In this document: positions 51,963 to 64,000 of the stretch, piece after piece
Layout of the letters: every line of letters begins with the position of its first letter
Numbering within the stretch: position 1 is the stretch's first letter
Source of the DNA: Octopus sinensis
Lineage: Eukaryota
DNA length: 64,000 nt
Assembly (NCBI RefSeq): GCF_006345805.1
Contig: NC_043019.1
Coordinates: 27,341,360-27,405,359 of the forward strand
Direction: 5' to 3'
The notes under the pieces: generated by a model
Told to the model about the DNA's origin: nothing
The model's input: the letters and a program-made list of their open reading frames with translations, nothing else
Database searches by the model: none
Position numbers and translations under genes: made by a program

Positions 51963-52930
51963 ATGGCAGCGAGCTGGCAGAAACGTTAGCACGCCGGGCG
52001 AAATGCGTAGCCGTATTTCGTCTGCCGTAACGTTCTGAGTTCAAATTCTGCCGAGGTCGACTTTGCCTTTCATCCTTTCGGGGGTCGATAAATTAAGTAC
52101 CAGTTACGCACTGGGGTCGATATAATCGACTTAATCCATTTGTCTGTCCTTGTTTGTCCTCTCTGTGTTTAGCCCCTTGTGGGCAGTAAAGAAATAGGTA
52201 TTTCGTCTGCTGTTATGTTCTGAGTTCAAATTCCGCCGAGGTCGACTTTGCCTTTCATCCTTTCGGGGGTCGATAAATTAAGTACCAGTTACGCACTGGG
52301 GTCGATATAATCGACTTAATCCATTTGTCTGTCCTTGTTTGTCCTCTCTGTGTTTAGCCCCTTGTGGGCAGTAAAGAAATAGGTATTTCGTCTGCTGTTA
52401 TGTTCTGAGTTCAAATTCCGCCGAGGTCGACTTTGCCTTTCATCCTTTTGGGGTCGATAAATTAAGTACCAGTTACGCACTGGGGTCGATATAATCGACT
52501 TAATCCGTTTGTCTGTCCTTGTTTGTCCTCTCTGTGTTTAGCCCCTTGTGGGCAGTAAAGAAATAGGTATTTCATCTGCTGTTACGTGCTGAGTTCAAAT
52601 TCTGCCGACGTCGACTTTGCCTTTCATCCTTTCAGGGTTGATAAATTAAGTACCAGTTACGCACTGGGGTCGATATAATCGACTTAATCCGTTTGTCTGT
52701 CCTTGTTTGTCCTCTCTGTGTTTAGCCCCTTGTGGGCAGTAAAGAAATAGGTATTTCGTCTGCTGTTACGTGCTGAGTTCAAATTCCGCTGACGTCAACT
52801 TTGCCTTTCATCCTTTCGGGGTCGATAAATTAAGTACCAGTTATGCACTGGGGTCGATGTAATCGACTTAATCCGTTTGTCTGTCCGTGTTTGTCCCCTC
52901 TATGTTTAGCCCCTTGGGGGTAGTAAAGAA
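51963..52930 (+). repeat. Head-to-tail pentamer of SINE family M, ~185-bp unit
   Basis: One unit with head, then four head-truncated units joined tail-to-internal (AAAGAAATA-GGTATTTCG). Confidence 0.92.
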
Positions 52931-53978
52931 AGAAGTATGTGTAATGGTTCCAATTCTTTTAGCCCCCAAGTTCAAATTCATAAAATAAAATTTTCATTTT
53001 CAGGGATTGTCTAAAACAAGGGTTTCTCAGCTGGGCTCTATATGGCCCTAAAGGGGTCCATATAAGGATTTGTTTGTTAAAATTTATCTGCAATAAATTG
53101 GTTATATGTTTACAACACACAAAATATTTTAATTTCTTTTTTTTTTATTGTTCAATGCTTAATAATATTTATTCTTTTATACTTTGTCTTGTTTCAGACT
53201 GTGGCCATGCTGGAGCACTGCCTTGAATGGTTTTAGTCGAACAAATCAGCCACAGGATTTATATCTTAAGCTTAGTACTTATTCTATTGGTCTCTTTTGC
53301 CGAACTGCTAAGTTACAGGGATGTAAACACATAAACACAAGTTGCCAAGTGGTGACGGTGGGGGACAAACAGACAGAAAGAGACACACATACACACACAG
53401 ATATATACATATATATATATAGGCGTAGGAGTGGCTGTGTGGTATGTAGCTTGCTTACCGACCACATGGTTCCGGGTTCAGTCCCACTGCGTGGCACCTT
53501 GGGCAAGTGTCTTCTACTATAGCCTCGGGCCAACCAAAGCCTTGTGAGTGGATTTGGTAGACGGAAACTGAAAGAAGCCTGTCGTATATATGTATATATA
53601 TGTGTGTGTGTGTGCTTGTGTGTCTGTGTTTGTTCCCCCAACATCGCTTGACAACCGATGCTGGTGTGTTTATGTCCCCGTAACTTAGCGGTTCGGCAAA
53701 AAGAGACCGATAGAATAAGTACTAGGCTTACAAAGAATAAGTCCTGGGGTCGATTTGCTCGACTAAATGCGGTGCTCCAGCATAGCCGCAGTCAAATAAC
53801 TGAAACAAGTAAAAGAGTATATATATATATATATATATGACAAGCCGCTGGTATTTATAGAGTGTTAAACACTTTTGGAATGCAAATTAGGGAATCCTTC
53901 ATAGTGTTACTGCTGCATTTGTTGAGTATATATGCAGTTTGGCTGCTTGTTTCTCTGGAGATTGTCAGAATGATGTAG

Positions 53979-54026
53979 ACACCTCTGATGAGAACTCAAT
54001 AAGGTTCAAAAATTGATTAAGGTTGT
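53979..54026 (+). ncRNA. Degenerate minimal type I hammerhead ribozyme motif
   Basis: ACCT-CTGATGA-GAAC(N8)GTTC-AAAA-ATTGAT-TA-AGGT; deviations fit CpG decay of CGAAA and ATCGAT. Confidence 0.65.
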
Positions 54027-54406
54027 AAATCATTTTTTTCAGTCTGTAGAGATTATTCCATCAAATGTAATTCGTACTCATTCAGTTTTTAATTAATCAT
54101 GCATTATTTTATAGCTTCAAAATTTCAATGATGTGATTGTGTATTTTTAGAATAACATTGTAGGGTAAGTATGAAGGCCAGATCTGACCAGTTTGAACAT
54201 AAAACAAGTGGAATATTTGTGCCAATATGGCTGGTTTAAATGCTCAAGGGTGTTTTCTGGAAAATGGCCAAGTTTTTCTCTCATATCAAACTATTGTAAA
54301 CCATCTGGTTCAACATCTAACATAACCCCTTCACGACTCCTTTTCACACTACAGCTACCTACATTTCCACTTCGTCCCAGCCATCTTGAATAAGGATAAT
54401 ATAATG

Positions 54407-55221
54407 CAGGGTCTGATAATATAATGCAAAGGGGGTCCGAGGGACCCCCTAGGAGTCAATGAGAAATTACAGGAGGTCAATGATAACCAAGGGGTCGAAT
54501 GGGGGTCAGCATGCGAAAGACCAGCTCACCTAGATGGACTGCTTGAAATACTTAATCAGCGCCATGACCATCCCTCACACTGATGTTGTCAATTTCAACA
54601 AAAGATATTCCAACAATATGGTGCATCTTTCACATTTTCTAACCGTGAGAACAATTTCATAAAAATTGAAAGTTTAATACTATATACTAGTACACCTGGT
54701 TTTAAATGTAAAAAGTGAGTCATCTTCAACAAGATTTCTTAATTTGTCGTACATGTATATTTTAGCTAACATTTTAATTGCTAGCATCAGTACCTGGTAT
54801 GCATTTAAGATATGGTACAGTAGGGTATTAAGATATTTTAAATGAGGAGGGTGTGGTTAGAACAGCAGACTCACGGTCGAGAGATCGCAGGTTCAAATCT
54901 CAGACCAGGCGATGTGTGGTTTATGAACGAAACACCTAAGCTCCATGCGGCTCCTGCCGAAGGTAATGGCGAACTTCTGCTGACTCTTTCGCCACTACTT
55001 TCTCTCACTCTTTCCTCCTGCATCTTGCAGCTCACCTGCGATGGACCAGCGTCCTGTCCAGGTGGGGAAACTTATATGCCAAGGAAACTGAGAAACCAGC
55101 CCTATGAGCCAGGTGTGGCTATGAGGAGGATAGTCAATGTGGAAGAAGTGGCTAAAGGGGATCAATGTGGAAGGAGAAATGGTTAAAGGGGGTCGATGAA
55201 TGAAAAAGTTTGGTGACCCCT
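54407..55221 (+). mobile_element. Possible decayed hAT element interrupted by a SINE
   Basis: CAGGG start, TTTGGTGACCCCT end, VHLSH-like transposase C-terminus; TSD only approximate. Confidence 0.35.
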
Positions 55222-56111
55222 ATATAATATATCTTATGCATTGCCAGTTAAATCCAACATTAGTGATGATAGACAAGAAATCCAGGTCAAACAGGAAAAC
55301 AGTAGAATCCAAGGAAAAGAGGGTTCACAGCAAAAATTAGTTGTCGTATTTCTTCAGATTCAGAAAACAGCAGAAACAGGAAGGAGTCAGGAAGCGAAAC
55401 GAAAAAAAGTGTTTGATTAAAGTTTTGATAGCAACAAACAAGGTGATAAATTATCAAGAAAGGAGTGGGTAAGATGCAGACATGCTGAGATCAATGAAAA
55501 AAATAAGGTCAGTTGAATTGGAGCATGCACAAAGGAAGTGAACGGTGAGAGAACACATAGGGAGTGGCACAGTTTGACAAAAAAAATGTACTTATCATAA
55601 TTTTACTTTTTGAAATTGCTAGAATTTACTCCCAAGTTTCTGTAAAGATCGAATTACAGGTATATCCCAAAATTAATGGTCACACTTTAAAGATCGAATT
55701 ACAGGTATATCCCAAAATTAATGGTCACACTTTACTATTTCCTTTTGTCCGGAACTCCATAACTCAAGTTTCTGTAATGTGAGGGATGCCTGTATACCGT
55801 TGGTTCCCAAACTTTTTCGCCCCCCACCCCCACCCCGCCTACCTGACACCCAGGCCACATTCCTAGGGCCCCCCACCCCAACAAACCATCACAAAAACAG
55901 ACCTCTTTCTGAAGCAAATACAAAGCAACTGTATTTCACAAATACAACTTCACCTAACGAACCCGTTATTTTGTTGTTTTTTACATGAATCGCTACCCCA
56001 TTATTGCCCCAATTTTCTTCAACGCACCCTTGGGACTTTCAACTGCTCCCAGGTTCAATACTGCCCACAGTTTCTTTCAAATATTGGTGATTATAAAAGT
56101 AAAAAAAGACA

Positions 56112-56483
56112 GTCTAGAAAAACGACGACGCCATGGTGATCTCATTCTTGCTCACAACATCATAAGCAGAAAGTGTAGCCTCTCGAAAGAGCTGTTCTTC
56201 ACTCCTGCTCCAGAGTGTAGGCTGCGGGGTCACTCTGAAAAGCTCTATCTGTGACAATTTCATCTCATTCGAAGGAGAGGGGCTTTCTCCATCCGGGTTG
56301 CGGATCCGTGGAATAAGCTGCCGGACAAGATAGTGAAGATGCCGACGACCGCTCGGTTCAAAGTCTCTCTTGACCAGAAATGGCCTGAACTCTTTGCATG
56401 AACACCCTCCCTGCACATAACTCCATGTCCCCCTACATGGCCTTACTTTTTGCTTTTTGAGCCAAAAAATTAACTTAACTTAA
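56112..56483 (+). mobile_element. CR1-group LINE 3' fragment, family 2, second copy
   Basis: Homologous to the reverse complement of 1270-1640; ends ttaacttaacttaac. Confidence 0.85.
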
Positions 56484-56699
56484 CAGAGAAAATAATAAGC
56501 TCATACAAACACACGTCTTATCTTTTACTCGCTTTAGCACTCAGATTATTCCATCAAATATAATGCATATCTATTCAGTTTCCAATTAATCATGCATTAT
56601 TTTATAGCTTTGAAATTTCAATGATGTGATTGTGTATTTTTAGAATAAAATAGGTAGATACTGACATGGGTGCCAGTTAGGCATCAGCCACGACAAGGA

Positions 56700-56975
56700 C
56701 TTCACTTGACTCAACAGGCCCACCCAAACACAGTTTATTGCTCAATGATTGAAGGGTACTCTTAAATGGGTCGGTTATGCTGCACTGGCATAGGCGACGT
56801 TTACAGTCTCACTTAGCTTGCCGGGTCTTTTCAAGCACAGCATATCTCCAAAGGTCTCAGTCACTTGTCATCGCTTTCGTGATGCCTGACGTTCAAAGGT
56901 CATGCTTCACCACCTCATCCCAGTTCTTCCTGGGTCTACCTCTTCCACAGGTTCCCATTACTGTTCGGGTGTGAC
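56700..56975 (-). mobile_element. RTE-clade LINE 3' fragment
   Basis: Minus-strand translation CGRGRPRKNWDEVVKHDL...DLWRYAVLEKTRQAK, with stops. Confidence 0.75.
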
Positions 56976-57155
56976 ACGGCTATATATATATATATATAGG
57001 GCTTCTTTCAATTTTCATCTACCAAAAGCAATCATATGGTTGGCCTGAGGCTATAGTAGAAGACACTTGCGCAAGGTACCACACAGTGGAATTGAACCTA
57101 GAACCATGTGGTTGGGAAGCAAGCTTCTTACCACACAGCCACACCTTTATGTATA

Positions 57156-57189
<34 letters not shown>

Positions 57190-57792
57190 CATGGCAGGCT
57201 TCTTTCAGTTTCCATGTAACAGTCCACTCACAAGGCTTTGGCTGGCCTGAGGCTATAGTAGAAAACACTTGCCCAAAGATGCAGTGCAGTGGGACTGAAC
57301 CCAGAACCATGTGGTTGGGAAGCAAACTTCTTACCACACAGCCATGCCTGCACCTATTTACACAAGCATATAACAACACATTTTCTTTTAAATGTCAGTG
57401 ATTTTAATAGTAATACAAAATGTATTCAAATACTGACCAATGTATGTGGACAAATATGTTCACACACACATAACAACACTATTCAGATACTGGAGGCTAC
57501 AATAGTTAATAGTTATAAAACATATTCAAAACACTAAATATGTACCATGAGAAACATTTCCTCTTTCCATTTGTTAACATCTTGCCTTAAAATATTTCTT
57601 CAAAATCTATAAAGAAAGAATACACAGAAAATAGCTCTGTAACCCATTATTACTAATCAAATAATAAGAAGAAGAATAATGGCCAGATGAGTCAGTTTGT
57701 TGCATGCTTTAGAAGCAAAGAAAAAAACACACTGCATCCATGTCATGTGGCATTGAATGGCCACACCCGTCAAAATGAGGAAGTGAGAAGGT

Positions 57793-58950
57793 GGGGAGCT
57801 GGTAGAAACAGCAGTATTTCGTCTATCTTTACATTCTGAGTTCAAATTCTGCCGAGGTCGACTTTGCCTTTCATCTTTTCGGGGTCAATAAATTAAGTAC
57901 CAGTTGTGTACTGTGGTTGATGCAATCGACTTAATCCCTTTGTCTATCCTTGTTTGTCCCCTCTATGTTTAGCCCCTTGTGGGCAATAAAGAAATAAGAA
58001 ATGTTAGCACGCTGGGCAAAATGCTTAGCGGTATTTCATCTGTCTTTATGTTCTGAGTTCAAATTCTGCCGAGGTTGACTTTGCCTTTCATCTTTTCGGG
58101 GTCAATAAATTAAGTACCAGTTGTGTACTGTGGTTGATGCAATCGACTTAATCCCTTTGTCTATCCTTGTTTGTCCCCTCTATGTTTAGCCCCTTGTGGG
58201 CAATAAAGAAATAAGAAATGTTAGCACGCTGGGCAAAATGCTTAGCGGTATTTCATCTGTCTTTATGTTCTGAGTTCAAATTCTGCCGAGGTCGACTTTG
58301 CCTTTCATCCTTTCAGGGTCGATAAATTAAGTACCTGTTGTGTACTGGGGTTGATGCAATCGACTTAATCCCTTTGTCTATCCTTGTTTGTCCCCTCTAT
58401 GTTTAGCCCCTTGTGGGCAATAAAGAAATAAGAAATGTTAGCACGCTGGGCAAAATGCTTAGCGGTATTTCATCTGTCTTTATGTTCTGAGTTCAAATTC
58501 TGCCGAGGTCGACTTTGCCTTTCATCCTTTCAGGGTCGATAAATTAAGTACCTGTTGTGTACTGGGGTTGACGTAATCGACTTAATCCCTTTGTCTATCC
58601 TTGTTTGTCCCCTCTATGTTTAGCCCCTTGTGGGCAATAAAGAAATAAGAAATGTTAGCACGCTGGGCAAAATGCTTAGCGATATTTCATCTGTCTTTAT
58701 GTTCTGAGTTCAAATTCTGCCGAGGTCGACTTTGCCTTTCATCTTTTCGGGGTCAATAAATTAAGTACCAGTTATGTACTGGAGTTGATGTAATCGACTT
58801 AATCCCTTTGTCTATCCTTGTTTGTCCCCTCTATGTTTAGCCCCTTGTGGGCAATAAAGAAATAAGAAATGTTAGCACGCTGGGCAAAATGCTTAGCGAT
58901 ATTTCATCTGTCTTTATGTTCTGAGTTCAAATCTTGTCGAGGTCGACTTT
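57793..58950 (+). repeat. Head-to-tail multimer of SINE family M, 217-bp unit x~5.3
   Basis: ATGTTAGCAC recurs at 58001, 58218, 58435, 58652, 58869. Confidence 0.92.
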
Positions 58951-59669
58951 GCTTTTCATTCTTTCAGAATCAATTATTTGAGTACCAGTTGCATACTGGC
59001 GTCGATCTAAGTGACTGGCTCCCTCCCCCCAAATTTTGGGCCTTATCCCTAGAGTAGAAAAGAATACATTGTACCAAGATAAGGTGGCGAGGTGGCAGAA
59101 ACGTTAGCACGCTTTGCGAAATGCTTAGCAGTATTTCAGCTGTCTTTACATTCTGAGTTCAAATTCCGCCAAGGTTGACTTTACCTTTCATTCTTTCGGG
59201 GTTGATAAATCAAGTACCAGTTCCATACTGGGATCGATCTTATGGACTGGCGTCCTCTCCAAAAATTTCAGGCCTTGTGCCTAGAGTAGGAAAGAATATG
59301 AGGAAGTGAGCTTGTCATGCATGGCTGACCCTGTCCAGATAATTGCTGTGATTTGGTAGAGCAGGGACAAAATGCCTTGTGGTATTTATCTCTTATCTTT
59401 TTTTATTTCATCATCATCATCATCACCATCATTTAACACCCATTTTCCATGCTGGCATGGGTTGTTTCAGCCATTACACTAAGGCCATGCTGGAGCATCA
59501 CCTTTAAGAATTTTTAGTCAAACAAATCAACCCCAGCACTTTTTTTTTTAAGCCTGGTATTTATTCCATTAGTTTCTTTTGCTGAACTGCTAAGTCACAT
59601 AGATGCAAACACACCAACACCAGTTATCAAGTGGTGGTAGAAGACAAACAGACACAAAGATATACACAG

Positions 59670-59709
<40 letters not shown>

Positions 59710-60079
59710 AACAGGCTTCCTTCAGTTTCCATCTACCAAATCCATTCACAAGGCTTTGGTCAGCCCAAGGTACTTGCCGAAGGTGCCAAGCAATGGAACT
59801 GAATCCAGAACCATTTGGTTAGCAAGCAAACTTCTTATCACACAGCCACAAATTCCCAACCACATGGTTCCAGGTTCAGTCCTAGCCCATGTCAACATGT
59901 AAAGCAAATATAAAATGATGACAACCAACATCATCATCATCATGGAGTGGGGGTTCAACTATAACCTCTGGTTGACCAATATTTTGCAAGTGGAATTGAC
60001 AGACAGATATTGCATCAAAATTCATCATGCATACACACACACGTTCATATGTGTATACATACATATATATGCATGCGTG

Positions 60080-60154
<75 letters not shown>

Positions 60155-60218
60155 GGTCCCGGGTTGATTCGGGGTTAACCACAGTAAATAAGGTACTCAA
60201 TACATAGCAGAGTAAAAT

Positions 60219-60350
60219 TAATTTATTATATAGAAGGAGCTTCTACAGGACTAGAACTGTTTCATTCAAGAGAAATCTTCAGCTTCCTGAAGATTTCTCT
60301 TGAATGAAACAGTTCTAGTCCTGTAGAAGCTCCTTCTATATAATAAATTA
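60219..60350. ncRNA. Perfect 64-bp inverted repeat (loop CTTC) carrying a hammerhead-like core on each strand; Penelope-like terminal repeat relic
   Basis: Arms 60219-60282 and 60287-60350 are exact complements; CTGAAGA(60287)...GAAAC(60306)...GTC(60318). Confidence 0.7.
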
Positions 60351-61809
60351 TTATATATATATATATATAATATATATATATATACTCTTTGCTTTTGAAA
60401 TGAAGACACACCAACACCAGTTATCAAGTGGTGGTGGGAGACAAACAAACACAAAAATATACACAGATGTCTGTGTACAACAGGCTTCCTTCAGTTATAT
60501 ATATGACAAAGAGTATATATACATATGTATGTATGTATGTCACCGTGACCAACCAGGCTATCAGATGTTGCTACACATCGCTGGTCACAATGCGCTTCGC
60601 ATTGTTTTAGCCTTCAAATGACGCCACCCCACTGGGTGGCGAGCAGGCCAACAGAAGAAAGAGTGAGAGAAAGTTGTGGCGAAAGAGTACAGCAAGGATC
60701 GCCACCACCCCCTGCCGGAGCCTTGTGGTGCTTTTAGGTGTTTTTCGCTCAATAAACACACACAACACCCAGTCTGGGAATCAAAACTGCGATCCTACGA
60801 CCATGAGTCCGCTGCCTTAACCACTGGGCCATGTATGTATGTATGTATGTATGTATGTATGTATGTATGTATGTATGCATGTGTATATACTCTTTGCTTT
60901 TGAAATGAAGATGCATGACATATTTGTTCAACACTGAACTACAGGCATTCAGAATACTGCAAACCAGTCACTGGCCTGCCGATGACCAGTAACTAACAAC
61001 CCTTTTGTTCACAAAAGGGGACAGAAGAATTTATAAAATAGAAAGGCATGGAATGAAATTTGGATGGAGTTAAGGGGAATTGAGAAACACAAGGCTCGGG
61101 TGGAGTGTGTCAACAAAAACGACATATCAGGAAGGACAAATGAACAAACACACATACACACAATATAGTCCCTACAATAGTACAAACACACGTACACACA
61201 CACACAAGCGCACACAGATGTATGTATATAACTAAACCAGGAGAGGATGTCCTCTCTCTCAGATTACCTCTAAGTAGATCATTTATATCCTGTAGATTTA
61301 GTTCATTCACACATTCAGACACACTATTCATTCATTCACCACCAGACACACAGACATAGTAAAGAAATAGACATGTATTTAGAGGAAGTAGTGACCTTGA
61401 TGATCTGACCTGACCAATAACCACTAACAGGTCAGCTGCTCTCTCCAGAGCGGTGGTGGTGGTGGTGGGGGTATTATTTGACAATACTAACAGCCAAACT
61501 GAATGACCTTAATATGAATAAATAGTTGCTGTTGCTTTTGGTGTTTTGTCCCAGGTCAGCCCCCAGTGGACTGTTCCAACTGGCTAATCTCATCTAGGAC
61601 TACACTACCTAATGTGTCTTTCCTTTGGTTTTTAAAGCTTTTGCCGCAGAAATTAAATATATCCACTCAAAATTTCATCACCCCTAACAGCAGAAAGCAG
61701 TTTTTATTCACCAATCTATCTTTTGTTGAGGAATGTCATGCTTGAAATTATTTTTTTGTTGAGATGTGTCAAGTTTATTGCGGCAACATGACTTGAGGAA
61801 AAAAATCAA

Positions 61810-62227
61810 GGATCTTTTCAGTTTGAATGGCAGTTTTTTCTAGCGGTGTCATATGAAATTGTCACCCATAATTATGACCCTAGTATCGATCTATTGCATT
61901 TCAATCTGTTATAGGGTTAGGGTTAGGGGTGGGGAAAAGGGTATCTTTTTTTTCTTCACAAATGTAAATAAACCAATCTGTTTCTTAAACGAGGGACATA
62001 TTCATACGGCACAGAATGCTTTTTACCTCAATAGACGTCAGTGATTGGTTGAAAGTGCAGAAATTGAAGCAAAAAAACAACAAATATCTTACAAACTATA
62101 GAATTTTCTCAATAAAGCCAAGAGAAAAAGATGTTTTATAAACACATTCTACCAGTATACGAAGTTTAAAAGTGTTTAGTTACGTGGAAATTATTTTAAA
62201 AAACTGCCGTTCAAACCGAAAAGATCC
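61810..62227 (-). mobile_element. Same MITE family, copy 3 (inverted)
   Basis: TSD AAAATCAA at 61802-61809 and 62228-62235. Confidence 0.92.
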
Positions 62228-62354
62228 AAAATCAATTCTATTTCTTGGTAGAAGATATTTAACATTATTATTGGAATTATCATGAATTTACAGTTAGATC
62301 AAAGTCATTCCATCCATGACTGTCCTACCTTTTTTCCAGATGCACAGAATCCAG

Positions 62355-63345
62355 GACCACATTATCCAATGCCTCCTATTTTTACTTTAACCCTTTCACT
62401 GCAAAAATCAGATATATCCACTCAAAATTTCATTACCCTTAACAGTGGAAAGCAGTTCCATACACCGATCTATCTTTCTGTTGAATGTCATGTTTGAAAC
62501 TATTTTCTCTTAAGATATGGCAAATTTATTGATGCAACGTGACTTGCAGAAAATACCAATCCTGATTTTTTAAAAGATATTTAACATCATTACTGGCATA
62601 AACATGTAATTTAATTTCATAGTGAAAGGGTTAAGGGACTTTGTCAAACCAGTGATCAAAGACACTTCAACCATGACTGTCCTACTTTTTTTTTACTAGT
62701 TACACTAAATTCAAGACCACATGATCCAATGCCTCCTATTTTTACTTTAACCCTTTCACTGCAAAAATCAGATATATCCACTCAAAATTTCATTACCCTT
62801 AACAGTGGAAAGCAGTTCCATACACCGATCTATCTTTCTGTTGAATGTCATGTTTGAAACTATTTTCTCTTAAGATATGGCAAATTTATTGATGCAACGT
62901 GACTTGCAGAAAATACCAATCCTGATTTTTTAAAAAGATATTTAACATCATTACTGGCATAAACATGTAATTTAATTTCATAGTGAAAGGGTTAAGGGAC
63001 TTTGTCAAACCAGTGATCAAAGACACTTCAACCATGACTGTCCTACTTTTTTTTTTACTAGTTACACTAAATTCAAGACCACATGATCCAATGCCTCCTA
63101 TTTTTACTTTAACCCTTTTACTGCAGAAATCAGATGTATCCTATCAAAATTTCTTTACCCTTAACTGCGGAAAGCAGTTTCATACACCAATTTATCTTTT
63201 GTTGAGGAATGTCATTTTTGGAACTATTTTCTCTTAAGATATGACAAATTTATTGGGGCAACATAAATTGCAGAAAATATCAATTCTATTTTTTTGGTAG
63301 ATATTTAACATCATCACTGAAACAATTTACAGCTGAAGGGTCAAG
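62355..63345. repeat. Tandem array, ~360-bp unit x3, each unit a 240-bp piggyBac-like MITE plus linker
   Basis: TTAA|CCCTTT starts at 62391, 62751, 63113; GAAAGGG|TTAA ends at 62630, 62991. Confidence 0.85.
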
Positions 63346-64000
63346 GGACCCCATTAACCCTTTTGTTACTAATCCGGCCAAAACCAGCTCTGGCTATGTG
63401 GTAAAATGTCTTGTTTTCATAAGTTTTGAATTAAAATATTCCACCAAGCTTTAGTCACAATTTACATTCCTAACACTAGCTTAATAATAACTAAGTTATT
63501 TTACTAAATTCTTTGTTATATTTAAAATAATTGAAAGAAACACAGAGCATCTCAAAATAAATACAGTAATGAAAGGGTTAAACCTGTGATCAAAGACATT
63601 TCAACCATGACTGTCCTATTTTTTCCCCAAATTTCAGCAGTTTCTTTATAATCTAGCATATAAAGATCACTATTGATTTTACAACCTCCGGATCAAACAT
63701 TTTTTTTTTTTTGTTTCACTAAGAAATGAACTCTTGTCCAACTCTCCTATCATAACAGAAGTGTTTTGCCAGCAGTGTAATACAAGCAAATCCAATGACC
63801 CAGTTTTCAGTGATTTAACTGGACTAAAACTAACATGTTTTTTAGTTCAATACTTCCCTTCAACTGCTTTCTGTTACACTTGCCTTTACAGGTAAAACAA
63901 CAAAGTAAATTAACAGAATGTGAATAGGGGATAACAACAGGGTATTAATAGGGTAAAATTGGTGTGTTAATGGGGAAAATAATAGAATAAGACAGGATTT

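Noticed and set aside
51458-52030. 190-aa Pro/Leu-rich ORF
   Set aside because: Translation of degenerate ACC/ACT repeats running into a SINE; no start context or splice support
51963-58950. Tandem arrays as CRISPR-like or hammerhead retrozyme arrays
   Set aside because: Eukaryotic context, no unique spacers; units are SINE-derived and lack CUGANGA/GAAA cores
44579-64000. Search for BMP exon 1 (signal peptide, MLDLY, MxSFVN motifs)
   Set aside because: No convincing match by eye; presumed beyond the window, though a divergent exon could be missed

Overview
AT-rich, microsatellite- and SINE-dense animal genomic DNA, most consistent with an octopod cephalopod (inferred from repeat types and gene content; no database check). 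Two intron-containing genes lie on the minus strand, both with GT-AG junctions whose phases join in frame. (1) A signal-peptide-bearing flavin amine oxidase (Amino_oxidase/PAO/LSD1-like fold), 6 exons from 12228 to 738; its last exon(s) were not found and probably lie left of the window. (2) A BMP5-8/gbb (BMP7-like) ligand, 5 exons from 44578 to 24598; exon 1 was not found and probably lies right of the window. Most ORF-track entries are artefacts of microsatellites or SINEs. The rest is a repeat landscape: at least five SINE families, CR1-, RTE- and R4/Dong-like LINE fragments, Tc1/mariner relics, hAT-, piggyBac-, mariner- and Merlin-like MITEs, a Helitron and several tandem arrays. Highlights: minimal hammerhead-ribozyme motifs in Penelope-like inverted repeats (one in a perfect 64-bp hairpin); a duplicated decoy splice acceptor upstream of the BMP terminal exon; apparent loss of the conserved active-site Lys and cage Tyr in the secreted oxidase; head-to-tail SINE multimers; and an RTE-like leader with a partial HDV-ribozyme-like fold.
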